A DNA stretch of 63,202 bases, counting the filler, from Octopus bimaculoides (lineage: Eukaryota), in assembly GCF_001194135.2 (NCBI RefSeq). It is 10 parts of 8 records of this genome, joined end to end, with 100 filler letters (N's around TTAATTAATTAA, not from the genome) between each part and the next. Parts side by side here need not be neighbours in the genome. Positions count along the whole stretch, not along the records: positions 34,638 to 42,088 come from NC_068988.1; positions 42,189 to 44,460 come from NW_026382179.1; positions 44,561 to 51,167 come from NC_068985.1; positions 51,268 to 58,520 come from NC_068994.1; 6 more parts are not named here. One strand, 5' to 3'. The position numbers and the translations under genes were made by a program. Numbering within the stretch: the first letter of the stretch is position 1; the number at the start of each line of letters is the position of its first letter. Positions 40,501 through 52,090 of this stretch are shown piece after piece. The notes beneath the pieces were generated by a model. It was not told where the DNA came from and did no database searches. It saw nothing but the letters and a program-made list of their open reading frames with translations.

Positions 40501-42188
40501 CACACACACACACATATGTATGTATGTATGTATATATATATACACACATATATATATATATATATACACGTATGTATATATCTGTGTCTATTTGTATTTT
40601 GTGAACCTGTAAGATGTGTATATAGTCATATATATATATACATGCATGTCCATATGCATGTTTGAAGCTGCAGATACATTTGCGTATATATTCCTATCGT
40701 ACATTTATTTGCATATGAATATTATTTATTTTGTGTGTGTATATGTGATTCTCTAATTATGTAGTTATATCGTATCTGGGAGTACACTAATGTTTGTCTC
40801 TCTCTATGACATGTATGTATATTAATAGAAGTATAAATATACAGCTGCCTGAGTATTGCAGTGGATCTATATTTTTATTTTATTATTTCTTAATTTTTTT
40901 AGCATGTTAAATCTTATACAAATATGTTCCTTAGCTAGGTGTGTTGACTTCAATACAGTTTATTTGAAGGGCGTTTGGCCTTTAGTCCCATTTGAAAATA
41001 ACAGTTGGTCAAAACTATACGGCTTCTGTTTCCAACAGAATTCATACATATGATACTGTATTTTATTGCTTATATACATTTTTAAACACCTTCAAAATAT
41101 TGTTTTGTTTAATCCTACTACTCTCGTTCTGCTCCTACTCCTTTCCTACCTTTTGCTTACATTAAGGATGAGCAAATCACTGAACTAATATCCTGCATTC
41201 CACTTCATAACAGAAAGGTGTATCTATTATTTACATTTATACTTTAATTGCAATATCAATCTAATTTTATCACTTATCGGTTTTCTATACATTGTATAAA
41301 TAAAGAAAAGAATTGTAGGTACAAACACAATTGAAGCATTGGTGTAACAATGATGTTCTGATGATCTGAACAGCTAGAATTGTGTATCTGCATTTATTTT
41401 TAATTGTACAATTATTCTATACCATATGTAGCATGCATATTGTTACAGACATGTAAAACAATTTATTATACATTGAAATTGTTATTACATGACGAAGGCT
41501 GCGAAATGATTCTAATCCGACAGATATCAACTAGTTAAATAAATATATCTCTCATACCTCCTAACATCATATCGTCTATATACACCTCATGAAATAATTT
41601 CATAGATTCGATCCCCTGGATTTCAGCTGCATAGAACTCTGCATTATATTCTTCTGTAATGGATGATTATGTGGTATGATAGCCACTTGAGACATAGCTA
41701 GTATGATAGCCACTTGAGACATGTTTCTGTGATTGCCACAGGATTCCATGAATCCATGTATCATAATACAAATTTATACACACACAGACACAGACACACA
41801 CACAAACACACACACGCACACACACACACACACATACAAACACACACACACACACACACATACACACACGCATACCCACACTATGTATGTATTTGCAAAA
41901 ACCTCTGATTTTGTGCTTGTGTCTGTTTCTGCGGCTTGACAACCTCTGATAATTTGTTTATCCTCTCCAAGCACGATAGAAATATTACCAGGCTTTGTTG
42001 TTTATTTTTTAAAAATTAAGTGCCTGTGTCAATTTCTTCGATTACAATCCTTGAAAGTGATGCCACAGCAAAGCCGTTGTCTAATGACNNNNNNNNNNNN
42101 NNNNNNNNNNNNNNNNNNNNNNNNNNNNNNNNTTAATTAATTAANNNNNNNNNNNNNNNNNNNNNNNNNNNNNNNNNNNNNNNNNNNN

Positions 42189-42228
<40 letters not shown>

Positions 42229-43646
42229 AGGTAAATAGATATGTAAGTAAACTGATAGATGGGTACATAGGTAATATGGACAAAAGTGGCACACACACAT
42301 ACACACATACAAACACACAAATAAGCAAGTAAAAAGAATGCATTTCTGATAACGGACAGAGTCAACGACTATTGAAAAGGTTGCAAGATGCAACAAAAAT
42401 TTTAGAAAAAATAAATAAGTAAACAAGTGGCTATTGAACCTGTGAGTGTGTTAAATAATAAGGCACTAAAAGGGAATGATTCTCCTCAGACAGAATAAGA
42501 TATATATATGCACACACACATATATATATATACACACATACATACATATGCATATACACATAGACACACACACATACGCACACACACAGACACATATACA
42601 CATACAAAACACACATTATCATGTCGTATGTTGTGTGAGCATACAATTAGTCAATTGTATTATAGTTCAATATTTATTGCATTNNNNNNNNNNNNNNNNN
42701 NNNNNNNNNNNNNNNNNNNNNNNNNNNNNNNNNNNNNNNNNNNNNNNNNNNNNNNNNNNNNNNNNNNNNNNNNNNNNNNNNNNNNNNNNNNNNNNNNNNN
42801 NNNNNNNNNNNNNNNNNNNNNNNNNNNNNNNNNNNNNNNNNNNNNNNNNNNNNNNNNNNNNNNNNNNNNNNNNNNNNNNNNNNNNNNNNNNNNNNNNNNN
42901 NNNNNNNNNNNNNNNNNNNNNNNNNNNNNNNNNNNNNNNNNNNNNNNNNNNNNNNNNNNNNNNNNNNNNNNNNNNNNNNNNNNNNNNNNNNNNNNNNNNN
43001 NNNNNNNNNNNNNNNNNNNNNNNNNNNNNNNNNNNNNNNNNNNNNNNNNNNNNNNNNNNNNNNNNNNNNNNNNNNNNNNNNNNNNNNNNNNNNNNNNNNN
43101 NNNNNNNNNNNNNNNNNNNNNNNNNNNNNNNNNNNNNNNNNNNNNNNNNNNNNNNNNNNNNNNNNNNNNNNNNNNNNNNNNNNNNNNNNNNNNNNNNNNN
43201 NNNNNNNNNNNNNNNNNNNNNNNNNNNNNNNNNNNNNNNNNNNNNNNNNNNNNNNNNNNNNNNNNNNNNNNNNNNNNNNNNNNNNNNNNNNNNNNNNNNN
43301 NNNNNNNNNNNNNNNNNNNNNNNNNNNNNNNNNNNNNNNNNNNNNNNNNNNNNNNNNNNNNNNNNNNNNNNNNNNNNNNNNNNNNNNNNNNNNNNNNNNN
43401 NNNNNNNNNNNNNNNNNNNNNNNNNNNNNNNNNNNNNNNNNNNNNNNNNNNNNNNNNNNNNNNNNNNNNNNNNNNNNNNNNNNNNNNNNNNNNNNNNNNN
43501 NNNNNNNNNNNNNNNNNNNNNNNNNNNNNNNNNNNNNNNNNNNNNNNNNNNNNNNNNNNNNNNNNNNNNNNNNNNNNNNNNNNNNNNNNNNNNNNNNNNN
43601 NNNNNNNNNNNNNNNNNNNNNNNNNNNNNNNNNNNNNNNNNNNNNN

Positions 43647-43913
43647 CACGCACAGCCCATTTCCAAAGGTCTCGGTCCGTAGTCATCGCCTCGGTGAGGC
43701 CCAATGTACGAAGGTCTTGCCTCACCACCTCAGCCCAGGTCTTCCTGGGCCTACCTCTTCCACGGGTTCCCTCAACTGTTAGGGTGTGGCACTTTTTCAC
43801 GCAGCTATCCTCCTCCATTCTCACCACATGTCCATACCAGCGCAATCGTCTCTCTTGCACGCCACAACTGATGCTTCTAATGTTCAGCTTTTCTCTCAAG
43901 ATACTTACACTTT
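43647..43913 (-). mobile_element. RTE-clade LINE 3' coding end
   Basis: LREKLNIRSISCGVQERRLRWYGHVVRMEEDSCVKKC...GRGRPRKTWAEVVRQDL...DRDLWK. Confidence 0.9.
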
Positions 43914-44916
43914 GACGGGTATTCACGTATCTTGTTATTTTCATTCCTGTGTCTGTTTCAATAATTCTTATATCAATGCACCATTATACAAGATGTAAGA
44001 GAATTATATCATCAATCAGCCACAGCATGCAGCTGCTTCTTCAAGAAATCAAACTGTCCCAGTCTAACTCCTCTGAAGAAGTGGCTGCGAAATTCCAGAA
44101 TAACAGGACATTGGTTCAAATAGTGTGTGTGTGTGTGTGTGCATGCATGCGTGCACATGTGTGTGTATTATAACAATGTTTGTTTTTTTTTGTTGAGTTA
44201 TAATAAAAACAATTTGACATTAAACAATACTTTTTGTAGAGTGCATATTTATTATTTTTTAACAAGAATAGTGTTGACAGTGACTTCAAAGTTTCAGCCT
44301 GCACATATGTGCACGCATGTGTGTGTGTGTTTGAGTGATAGTAGGAATGTGTACTGGAAATTTTTTGCAGGTATTTTGGTTGAAAGTAGACCTTTTAAAT
44401 AATTTCTACAGTATCTATTCAGTGGAAAGTTGTAATGTTAATTTTTTTTTTTTTTTTTTTNNNNNNNNNNNNNNNNNNNNNNNNNNNNNNNNNNNNNNNN
44501 NNNNTTAATTAATTAANNNNNNNNNNNNNNNNNNNNNNNNNNNNNNNNNNNNNNNNNNNNTATATATATGTATATATATATATATATATATACATTAAGA
44601 GTAGAAGGAAATACAGAATGCAACAAACTGCACACCTGACGGTTACAGAACTCGAAAAGTGTGCTAGAAAAAGAGAAGGTAAACTTGAATGTTCAATCAG
44701 GAAGTTAAAATATAGGCATATAGAAAGATAGAAAATGGTTACAAAGAAATGTTAGACCCCTAAGCACAGTTCCCAAGAACGACACTTCCAGTCGCTACTG
44801 TACAGTATGGAAATTTCTGTTATTCTCAAACCTTGCTTCACGACAAGTTACTTTTCTTACCAAAATTTTCAGTATTATAGGCGCAGGCGTGGTTGTGTGC
44901 TAAGAAGCCTGCTTCC

Positions 44917-46358
44917 GCGCATGCGTTGTCCAGTAGTCGTTGTGCGAATTTGTTGAGGATCGGACGGTTTTTTTTTTCGTGCTGCCTAGAAAATGTATTT
45001 AGACCATAGCGGGTCTTCAGCAGAGGAGGAGCTGGTAAGGGCGGTCATAAAGATGGACGGAATGTTGGAAAAGACAAGGAGTTTTGCTGAGATCACGGAG
45101 ATGAAGCGAAGGGAGTTGGACTTGGCTGGTCCGAAGGAGTATGAGAAGATGGTACAGAAGGTGGGCGGCGACGTGAGGTTGTCGCCTCCCAAAGGAATTA
45201 TGGAGCGGATGGAGAGAAAAACGATCACCTATAAGGTGTTCTCGTTAAAAGGAAAAAAGGCCGAGCAGGTAGAAGCCGAAATGGAAAAAACGCTAAGGGA
45301 GCGGTCAAAGGAAATAACATACATAACTAAAGGAAGCAGATATGGGGCAATGCTCGTCCAATTTAGGAAAGTAGAGGAGGCGAAGAAGCTGGCGAGTGTG
45401 GCGGTGAAAACAGAGGAAGTAGTGCTTCTGACCACATACCTTGGAAGAAAGACTTCCAAGGTAAGGGCAGAAGCAATCCCACCTGATATAGAAGTGGCTT
45501 GGGTGGCGGCGGCTGTCCTTGTTGGAAGTGAGGAGAAAGTGGCTGTCCTTCAAGCCACAGAAACGGTAGAAGGAGGGTGGAAAGGGAAGACACAAGAACT
45601 AATTATACGTGCGGAGGAGGGACGACTGGAGAGTTTGGCAGAGATGGTGACGTTGGGAGAAATTGTGCTGAGAGTATGGGTAGAGGACAGAGTACCACGT
45701 TGTTTTAAATGTGGCCAAAAGGGCCACATTAGAGCTTACTGCCCTCTACAGAGGACAATAGTAGAGGAAACAGTTGTGGAGACGAAAGAGAAAAGAGAGA
45801 AAGAAAAGACAGATGGAGGAAAGGAGGAGGAGGAAGAAGAATGGACAGTAACATAGAGTAGAAGGAAGAGAAAAAAGAACGAACACTGAGTGTGATGTGG
45901 TACCCCAGTCGAACTCCATTCTCACCTAAGACCACTCAGACCCACTCTCCCCATACAGACATTAAAGCCATCCACCCCATTTACCCACAGGAAAACAAAA
46001 AAAGAAGAAAAAAGAGCAGACACCTCAGAATTTAGAAGACTCCTCCCCAATGAAAAAGGTTACGAGAGAGTCAGTCATGGAGCGATAGTGGAACTGGAAC
46101 AGAGACTAAAAGGAAATTAGGACTCATAGGCGGCGAGTGGTGTTGCTCAGTGTGGGGTCAGTAGCACACTCTTCATACTTTTATTTTCAACTATCACGCA
46201 TGTTATCATAATTTTAATTTGTTTTTCATGTTCATTTTCATGTGTCATTCATAATATATTTCATTTTTATATATTTTTAATTGTTATATGTCCCCACATG
46301 TGTTGTAGTGTCCCCTCTATGAAATGCCTTTATGGCAAAAATATTGACATAAAGAAAA
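44917..46358 (+). mobile_element. ORF1-only non-LTR retroelement (HAL1/half-LINE-like, L1/Tx1-type ORF1) inserted in a SINE
   Basis: TGCTTCC is duplicated at 44910-44916 and 46360-46366 (8 bp with one mismatch). The two flanks rejoin into a contiguous SINE head. The element has a 76-nt 5'UTR, ORF1, about 240 nt of 3'UTR and an A-rich end (CATAAAGAAAA). No RT or endonuclease sequence lies between the TSDs. Confidence 0.8.
44993..45856 (+). CDS. LINE ORF1/gag-like nucleic-acid-binding protein with a CX2CX4HX4C zinc knuckle
   Basis: 287-aa non-repetitive ORF on a purine-rich strand containing RVWVEDRVPRCFKCGQKGHIRAYCP and an acidic/basic tail. The same frame continues past three stops to 46120 (...RADTSEFRRLLPNEKGYERVSHGAIVELEQRLKGN*), implying an ancestral ORF of about 375 aa. 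Confidence 0.8.
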   Translation: MYLDHSGSSAEEELVRAVIKMDGMLEKTRSFAEITEMKRRELDLAGPKEYEKMVQKVGGDVRLSPPKGIMERMERKTITYKVFSLKGKKAEQVEAEMEKTLRERSKEITYITKGSRYGAMLVQFRKVEEAKKLASVAVKTEEVVLLTTYLGRKTSKVRAEAIPPDIEVAWVAAAVLVGSEEKVAVLQATETVEGGWKGKTQELIIRAEEGRLESLAEMVTLGEIVLRVWVEDRVPRCFKCGQKGHIRAYCPLQRTIVEETVVETKEKREKEKTDGGKEEEEEEWTVT

Positions 46359-47147
46359 TTGCTTCCCAACTAAATTGTTCTGAGTTCAGTCCCACTGCGT
46401 GGCACTTTGGGTGTCTTCTGCTAATTCCTCGGGTCGACNNNNNNNNNNNNNNNNNNNNNNNNNNNNNNNNNNNNNNNNNNNNNNNNNNNNNNNNNNNNNN
46501 NNNNNNNNNNNNNNNNNNNNNNNNNNNNNNNNNNNNNNNNNNNNNNNNNNNNNNNNNNNNNNNNNNNNNNNNNNNNNNNNNNNNNNNNNNNNNNNNNNNN
46601 NNNNNNNNNNNNNNNNNNNNNNNNNNNNNNNNNNNNNNNNNNNNNNNNNNNNNNNNNNNNNNNNNNNNNNNNNNNNNNNNNNNNNNNNNNNNNNNNNNNN
46701 NNNNNNNNNNNNNNNNNNNNNNNNNNNNNNNNNNNNNNNNNNNNNNNNNNNNNNNNNNNNTATATATATATTTGTGTCGTCTGTGTTTGTTTCCTCATCA
46801 TCACTTGACAACCGATGTAGGTGTGTTTACGTCCCTGTAACTTAGCGGTTCGGCAAAAGTGACCGATAGAATAAGTATTAGGCTTACAAAGAATAAGTCC
46901 CGGGGTCAATTTGTTCGACTAAAGCCGGTGCTCCAGCATGGCCTCAGTTAAATGACTGAAACAAATAAAAGAATTAAAGAATTTTCTCTCTCTAAGGGAA
47001 ACAATAATTTTTGAAAATCAATTACAGCATGTTCCCTCCTCATAAAAATATGCAGCCAGAGCAACAACTCCCGTTTCTAATTCATCTAAGGTGAACAAAG
47101 CATTCGTTATCCAGTCATATGTTTGCTTGCTGTGGATTTCTCTACCT

Positions 47148-47479
47148 CAGTGGTTCTCAACCAGGGTCCATATAAGATTTTTGGGCACTCACGCAACAAA
47201 ATAGTAAATTGGGGGACCTACAATTGTATTTTAAGGACCTCTGAAAAAATTTTGCTTTAGATGTATGTATTGGTATGTATTGCAAGAAACAGCAAGGTTA
47301 CTTTCTGGAACGTTTTACATAGTTCAAGCTACACAAGTTATCGTATGAAAAACAAAATAGGAATTTTGAAAAACGTTTCTATAAAAGTAGTTTTTAAGCA
47401 TCAAATGGCCAAAGGAGGTCCGCCAGAATAAAATAGTAATCAAAGGAATCCATAGATAAAAACTGGTTGAGAACCCCTT
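47148..47479. mobile_element. hAT(Charlie)-like MITE
   Basis: Termini CAGTGGTTCTCAACC / GGTTGAGAACCCCTT (13/15 inverted match). An 8-bp TSD is not preserved. Confidence 0.55.
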
Positions 47480-47964
47480 ATATCCTAAGTCATAAACAGG
47501 TTGACTACCGTAAAGTTAAATGTGCTGGAGATTTCTCTCCTATGTCACTCACAATTAGTTCATTGCCAATGAAAACTTCAGAGAACTTCGTGGCACACGA
47601 TATTAGGAAACCATGTTTATTAAGGGAACTAATTTACTAATTTAGGTTAGTTGTTTGGCTAATAACAACCAAGAAAGTTTTTGAAAACTACTAGAACTAA
47701 AAAATCACGCAACAGAACTCGGTGTTGCCATTGAATTTATGAAATGAAAAGAATTTTAATAGGGTCTCTTATCTAGGGGTGGGGGACTTCAAAAAACCTT
47801 GCTTTAACATCTTCTCTGCTCAGTTCTGGGAATTTACTGCTGAAGTAAGTAGCCAAAGAAGACGCTTTCTTTATTCAATACCTTCACTCAAAGCTTTTGT
47901 GATGAAATAATTAATATTGTTTATACTGTTTAAATTAAACTGTTTTAGTAGAATGAAATATATT

Positions 47965-48131
47965 CTTTTCTACTCTAGGCACAAGGCCTGAAATTTTGGG
48001 GAGGGAGTCAGTTGATTAGATCGACCCCTGTACGCAACTGGTACTTAATTTATCGACCTCGAAAGGATGAAAGGCAAAGTCGACCTCGGTGGAATTTGAA
48101 CTCAGAACGGTTCTGCCAGCTCGCCACCTTA
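47965..48131 (-). mobile_element. SINE family B
   Basis: GCACAAGGCCTGAAATTTTGGGG...GAAAGGCAAAGTCGACCTCGGTGGAATTTGAACTCAGAAC...CTGCCAGCTCGCCACCTT. Confidence 0.85.
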
Positions 48132-48470
48132 TAAGATGAAATATATTAAGGGCATAATATGTTGAAATATAATAAATTTGAAGGGGAGTGGCCTAATATT
48201 CAGGGTCTTGCACTTATGATCTCAAGATCATTGTGTCAGTTCCTAGACCGGCGGTGCATTGTGTTCAGCAAAACACTTCGTTATACCTTGCTCTAGTCCA
48301 ACCACCAGTAAGCGAGTAACTCTACGACAGACTGGCATCTTGTTCAGTGGGGATGTTAGCTTGTCCAATATTGCGATATTGTGATTTCACAGATAGTAGA
48401 TCATTGTTTTTGATTTTGCGCAAGAGCAGTAACTTTGAGAGACAGGGGTTAGGTGATATCATCAACCCCA

Positions 48471-48760
48471 TTTAGTGGTTAGGGTGTTAGACTCATGATC
48501 ATAAGATTGTGATTTCGATTCTGGGACCGGATGACGCGTTGTGTTCTTGAGCAAAACACTTCACTTCACGTTGCTACAGTTCACTCAGCTGGTAAAAATG
48601 AGTAACCCTGCGAAGGATCGGTGTCCCGTCCAGGTGAGGAATATATAAGCCATGGAAACCGGGAAACCGGCCTGGTGTGACTCGAGAAGGAAACTTTACC
48701 TTTACTTTAGCCTGCCCATCAAGCCAGCGGCTTGCAATCATTCGAAAGCTACAGCAATGG
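48471..48760 (+). mobile_element. tRNA-derived SINE family C
   Basis: TAGTGGTTAGGGTGTT (A-box-like), TTCGATTC (B-box-like) and GTGTTCTTGAGCAAAACACTTCA core, shared with copies at about 25005-25195, 48185-48350 and 60970-61300. Confidence 0.7.
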
Positions 48761-48879
48761 GAAGAAACACATTGTGATTGACGGTGTATAATCACATCCG
48801 ATAGTCTAGTTGATATTGCAATATTGTGATTTCATAAATAGTAGATCATTGTTTTTGATTTAGCGCAAGATCAGTAACT

Positions 48880-49070
48880 TTGAGAGACAGGGGTTAGGCG
48901 ATACCACCAGCTCCACTACTTGACTGGTGTTTTATTTTATCGGTCCTGAACGGGTGCAAAGCAAAGTTGACCTCGGTGGAAATCGAACTCAGATCATAAA
49001 GACCCGGATTCAAATACTGCAAAGCATTGTCTTCGATGCTCAAACAATTCTGTCAGTTTTCCGCTCTCAG
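48880..49070 (-). mobile_element. SINE family B, diverged
   Basis: GACTGGTGTTTTATTTTATCGG...GCAAAGTTGACCTCGGTGGAAATCGAACTCAG. Confidence 0.65.
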
Positions 49071-50136
49071 TGGATTATTAAATTGACCCGAGAGTCTGTT
49101 GCATCAGTGCCCCAAATATACGGAAGAGTCGGTCTAACTTCTAATGATCCAAAATATAAGGTGATAACTGATGAGGGGTGAGTGTATCCTTTCTGTATTG
49201 TTTCCAGTCTTTCGTATGTTCCTTCGACATTCTTCTGTGCCACATTTTACTATTATAAAGGAGTATGTTGTTTCTCCAAAACTAATACTGACAGTATTGG
49301 TCCATGTTAGTCCAATATATTTTTATATACTTTCTACATTTGTATATTATTTGTGTATATTGATGAACTTTTGTGAACTCAACTGATGATTAATTAGGAA
49401 ATAAAAAGAAAGAAATTCTGAGAGAGGACGAGACAGAAGACAGACAGGGGGTGGGAGAGAGAGAGAGAGGAAGATGGAAAGAGAGACAGAGAGAGCTTAA
49501 AATATAGACTAAGGAGAAGGAAATTCTTATTGACATTACTACCTCTGCACTTGGATGCCCCAAACGAGAGTGAAAGCTACTGGGAGTGAGAGAGAGTGAG
49601 AGACAGATAGATAGACAGACAGACAAGTAGGGCGAGAGATTTAAAGCGAGAGAGAGAGAGAAAGAGAAGGGGAGGAAGGGAGAAAGAGAGAGATGGGAGG
49701 GGGGCGTGACAGACAAGCAGAATTATAATTCAATGATAAATGCGAAGTGGAAGAAATGGTGTGTATGTGTGTATCTTTGTGCATGTGTGTGCGTGTGCGA
49801 ACGAGTGTATCTTGTGTGTGTGTGTGTGTGGCGGGGGTGGGGTACGTGTGTGTGATAAGCCAGCTAGCTTCAAGAGTAAAGTTTTATATCACATCACAAC
49901 GCCCCACAGGGTACATTGATGAGATAATGAGAACGGGAAAAGGGGGTGAAGACGAGTGGGTATTAGGGGATGGGGTGTGGGGAGGTGAGGAGAGAGGGGT
50001 GCGTTCAGGTGGGGGATAAGGTTCAGGATGACTCAACACCTGAAAATAGGAAAAATAAATAAAATAAATAAAAACATGTTTCTTTCTAGGTGACGCCTGG
50101 TTCTAATCCTGTATTCTTCTCATCTCCTTAACTGTA

Positions 50137-50198
<62 letters not shown>

Positions 50199-50841
50199 AT
50201 GGGGGTGTCTCTGTGTGTGTGTGTATGTGTATATATGTGTGTGTATGTGTATTTATATAGAAGTAGAGACAGACATACACAAACACACAAACAAACATGC
50301 ATACATATATGTATACATGCATACATATATGTATACATGCATACATATATACATACATGCATGTAGACATGCATACATACATACATACATACATACATAC
50401 AAGTATGCATACATATATATATATACATGCATACATGCATACATGCATACATACATACGTACATACATATATGCGTGAGGATGATTGGTGGTACATGTGT
50501 ATAGACATAAATAAGTGGCTGATACGAGTGCGTACGTGTGTGTACGTGAGAGAGAGAGAGGTAGAGGGAGAGAGCGAGACTGAGAGGGAGAAGCAGAAGG
50601 AAGGGCAGAGAAAGACAGAGGGAGAGGGAAAGAGATAGGGAGAGATAGTGCGCGTGTGCGTGTGTGTAATGTGTGTTATTAAAATTATAGATTTGATGGG
50701 GTATTTTTTCACCCAGGTACAAGGGGAATTCTTAGAATCTAGGCGTATTAAGTTCCCTTTGATCTTAACTTTACCTCTGTCTGCATGTATACTCACAAAA
50801 GCAACTCCCGTCTGCGAGCGTGTGTGCTCTTGTATAAATAT

Positions 50842-51167
50842 AGGTGTAGGAGTGGCTGTGTGGTAAGTAGCTTGCTTACCAACCACATGGTTCCGGGTTC
50901 AGTCCCACTGCGTGGCACCTTGGGCAAGTGTTTTCTACTATAGCCTCGGGCCGACACTAGCCTTGTGAGTGGATTTGGTAGACGGAAACTGAAAGAAGCC
51001 TGTCGTATATATGCATATGTATATATATATGTGTGTTTGTCCCTGCAACATCGCTTGACAATCGATGCTGGTGTGTTTACGTCCCCGTAACTTAGCGGTT
51101 CGGCAAAAGAGACCGATAGAATAAGTACTAGGCTTACAAAGAATAAGTCCTGGGGTCGATTTGCTTG
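50842..51167 (+). mobile_element. SINE family A, cut by a gap
   Basis: Near-identical to the 25196 and 33715 copies; ends at the N linker. Confidence 0.9.
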
Positions 51168-51267
51168 NNNNNNNNNNNNNNNNNNNNNNNNNNNNNNNNN
51201 NNNNNNNNNNNTTAATTAATTAANNNNNNNNNNNNNNNNNNNNNNNNNNNNNNNNNNNNNNNNNNNN

Positions 51268-51680
51268 GGGCTGTGATCATTAATGTCTTCTATAATTACT
51301 TTGACTTTCAGAATCTTCATAAAAGACTTTGCCTTGTTTACAGATATTTTAATATATTTGAAACATTGTTTCCTTGGTTTGCACAGAGACTCGGCATCAA
51401 TTTTGTGTGCCGTGTACAATTTACCATCTTGTGTGACATTGAACAACTGGGAACTTTCCATCCATTCTTGCTGAAGTTGGTTATATGTTAGTAGATTTCT
51501 GTCTGTCAAAGAGCCACTGTCACCCAGCATGGCATCAGCAGCAACATCTCCAATAAAAGTTTGGGGACTACTTTCTTCGTCGACATGGTACTCGAGGTCA
51601 ATTGAAATGCAGAAGTGTAGTAATACAACCAAAATATTTATTTGAATGGACAACTGTCGCCCTGGCATTCCTCCTCCCAT
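51268..51680 (-). CDS. Pcdh: Protocadherin, 5' part only (signal peptide + first cadherin repeat EC1), truncated by an assembly gap; here called gene B
   Basis: Translation MGGGMPGRQLSIQINILVVLLHFCISIDLEYHVDEESSPQTFIGDVAADAML...LFNVTQDGKLYTAHKIDAESLCKPRKQCFKYIKISVNKAKSFMKILKVKVIIEDINDHSP. It has a hydrophobic leader, the EC1 Cys pair (DAESLC...CF) and the DxND(N/H)xP calcium-binding motif. ATGs lie at 51680 and 51668; the track start at 51683 is a GTG. The track stop (51216) is inside the artificial gap linker and is not real. Confidence 0.95.
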
Positions 51681-51882
51681 CACTTTGTTTAGTACAACAC
51701 TGAGACATGTAACCCCATATATGGTAACTGGAACAAGAGGAACAGCAGTGGTCTCTCCGAGAATGATGATATTAAAGGCATAATGTTGAAAGGTATTAGG
51801 TATAATAAAATGGGAAGAATAATAGATACCAAGTGGACATTAAGTGGACATCAGGTAAACATCATGTAGACATCAGATTGAT

Positions 51883-51900
51883 CTGCAAGAAAAGGAAAAA
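51883..51900 (-). promoter_or_regulatory. Splice acceptor opening the protocadherin B coding exon (implies a 5'UTR intron)
   Basis: Minus strand reads TTTTTCCTTTTCTTGCAG|ATCAATC, about 200 nt upstream of the ATG. Confidence 0.6.
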
Positions 51901-51962
51901 CCTTGACATTAAAATTATCTGCCACATTAGCAATTGTTAGTTCACACACACATATGCATATA

Positions 51963-52090
51963 TCCTTTTCTACTCTAAGCACAAAGCCCAACATTTTTGG
52001 GGAGGGGGCCATTCGATTAGATTGACCCCAGTATGCAACTGGTACTTAATTTATTGACCCCAAAAGGATGAAAGGCAAAGTGTCAACCAT
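51963..52090 (-). mobile_element. SINE family B, 3' part, in the protocadherin B 5'UTR intron
   Basis: TTTTCTACTCTAAGCACAAAGCC...CAACTGGTACTTAATTTATTGACCCCAAAAGGATGAAAGGCAAAGT. Confidence 0.8.

Larger units (their letters stand above)
44879..46982 (+). mobile_element. tRNA-derived SINE, family A (internal microsatellite), split by the ORF1-only element
   Basis: The head AGGCGCAGGCGTGGTTGTGTGCTAAGAAGCCTGCTTCC (44879-44916) continues at 46360 (GCTTCCCAAC...GAGTTCAGTCCCACTGCGTGGCAC). The body and 3' tail (…GCATGGCCTCAGTTAAATGACTGAAACAAATAAAAGAA) follow the gap, matching the copies at 25196, 33715 and 50842. Confidence 0.85.
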
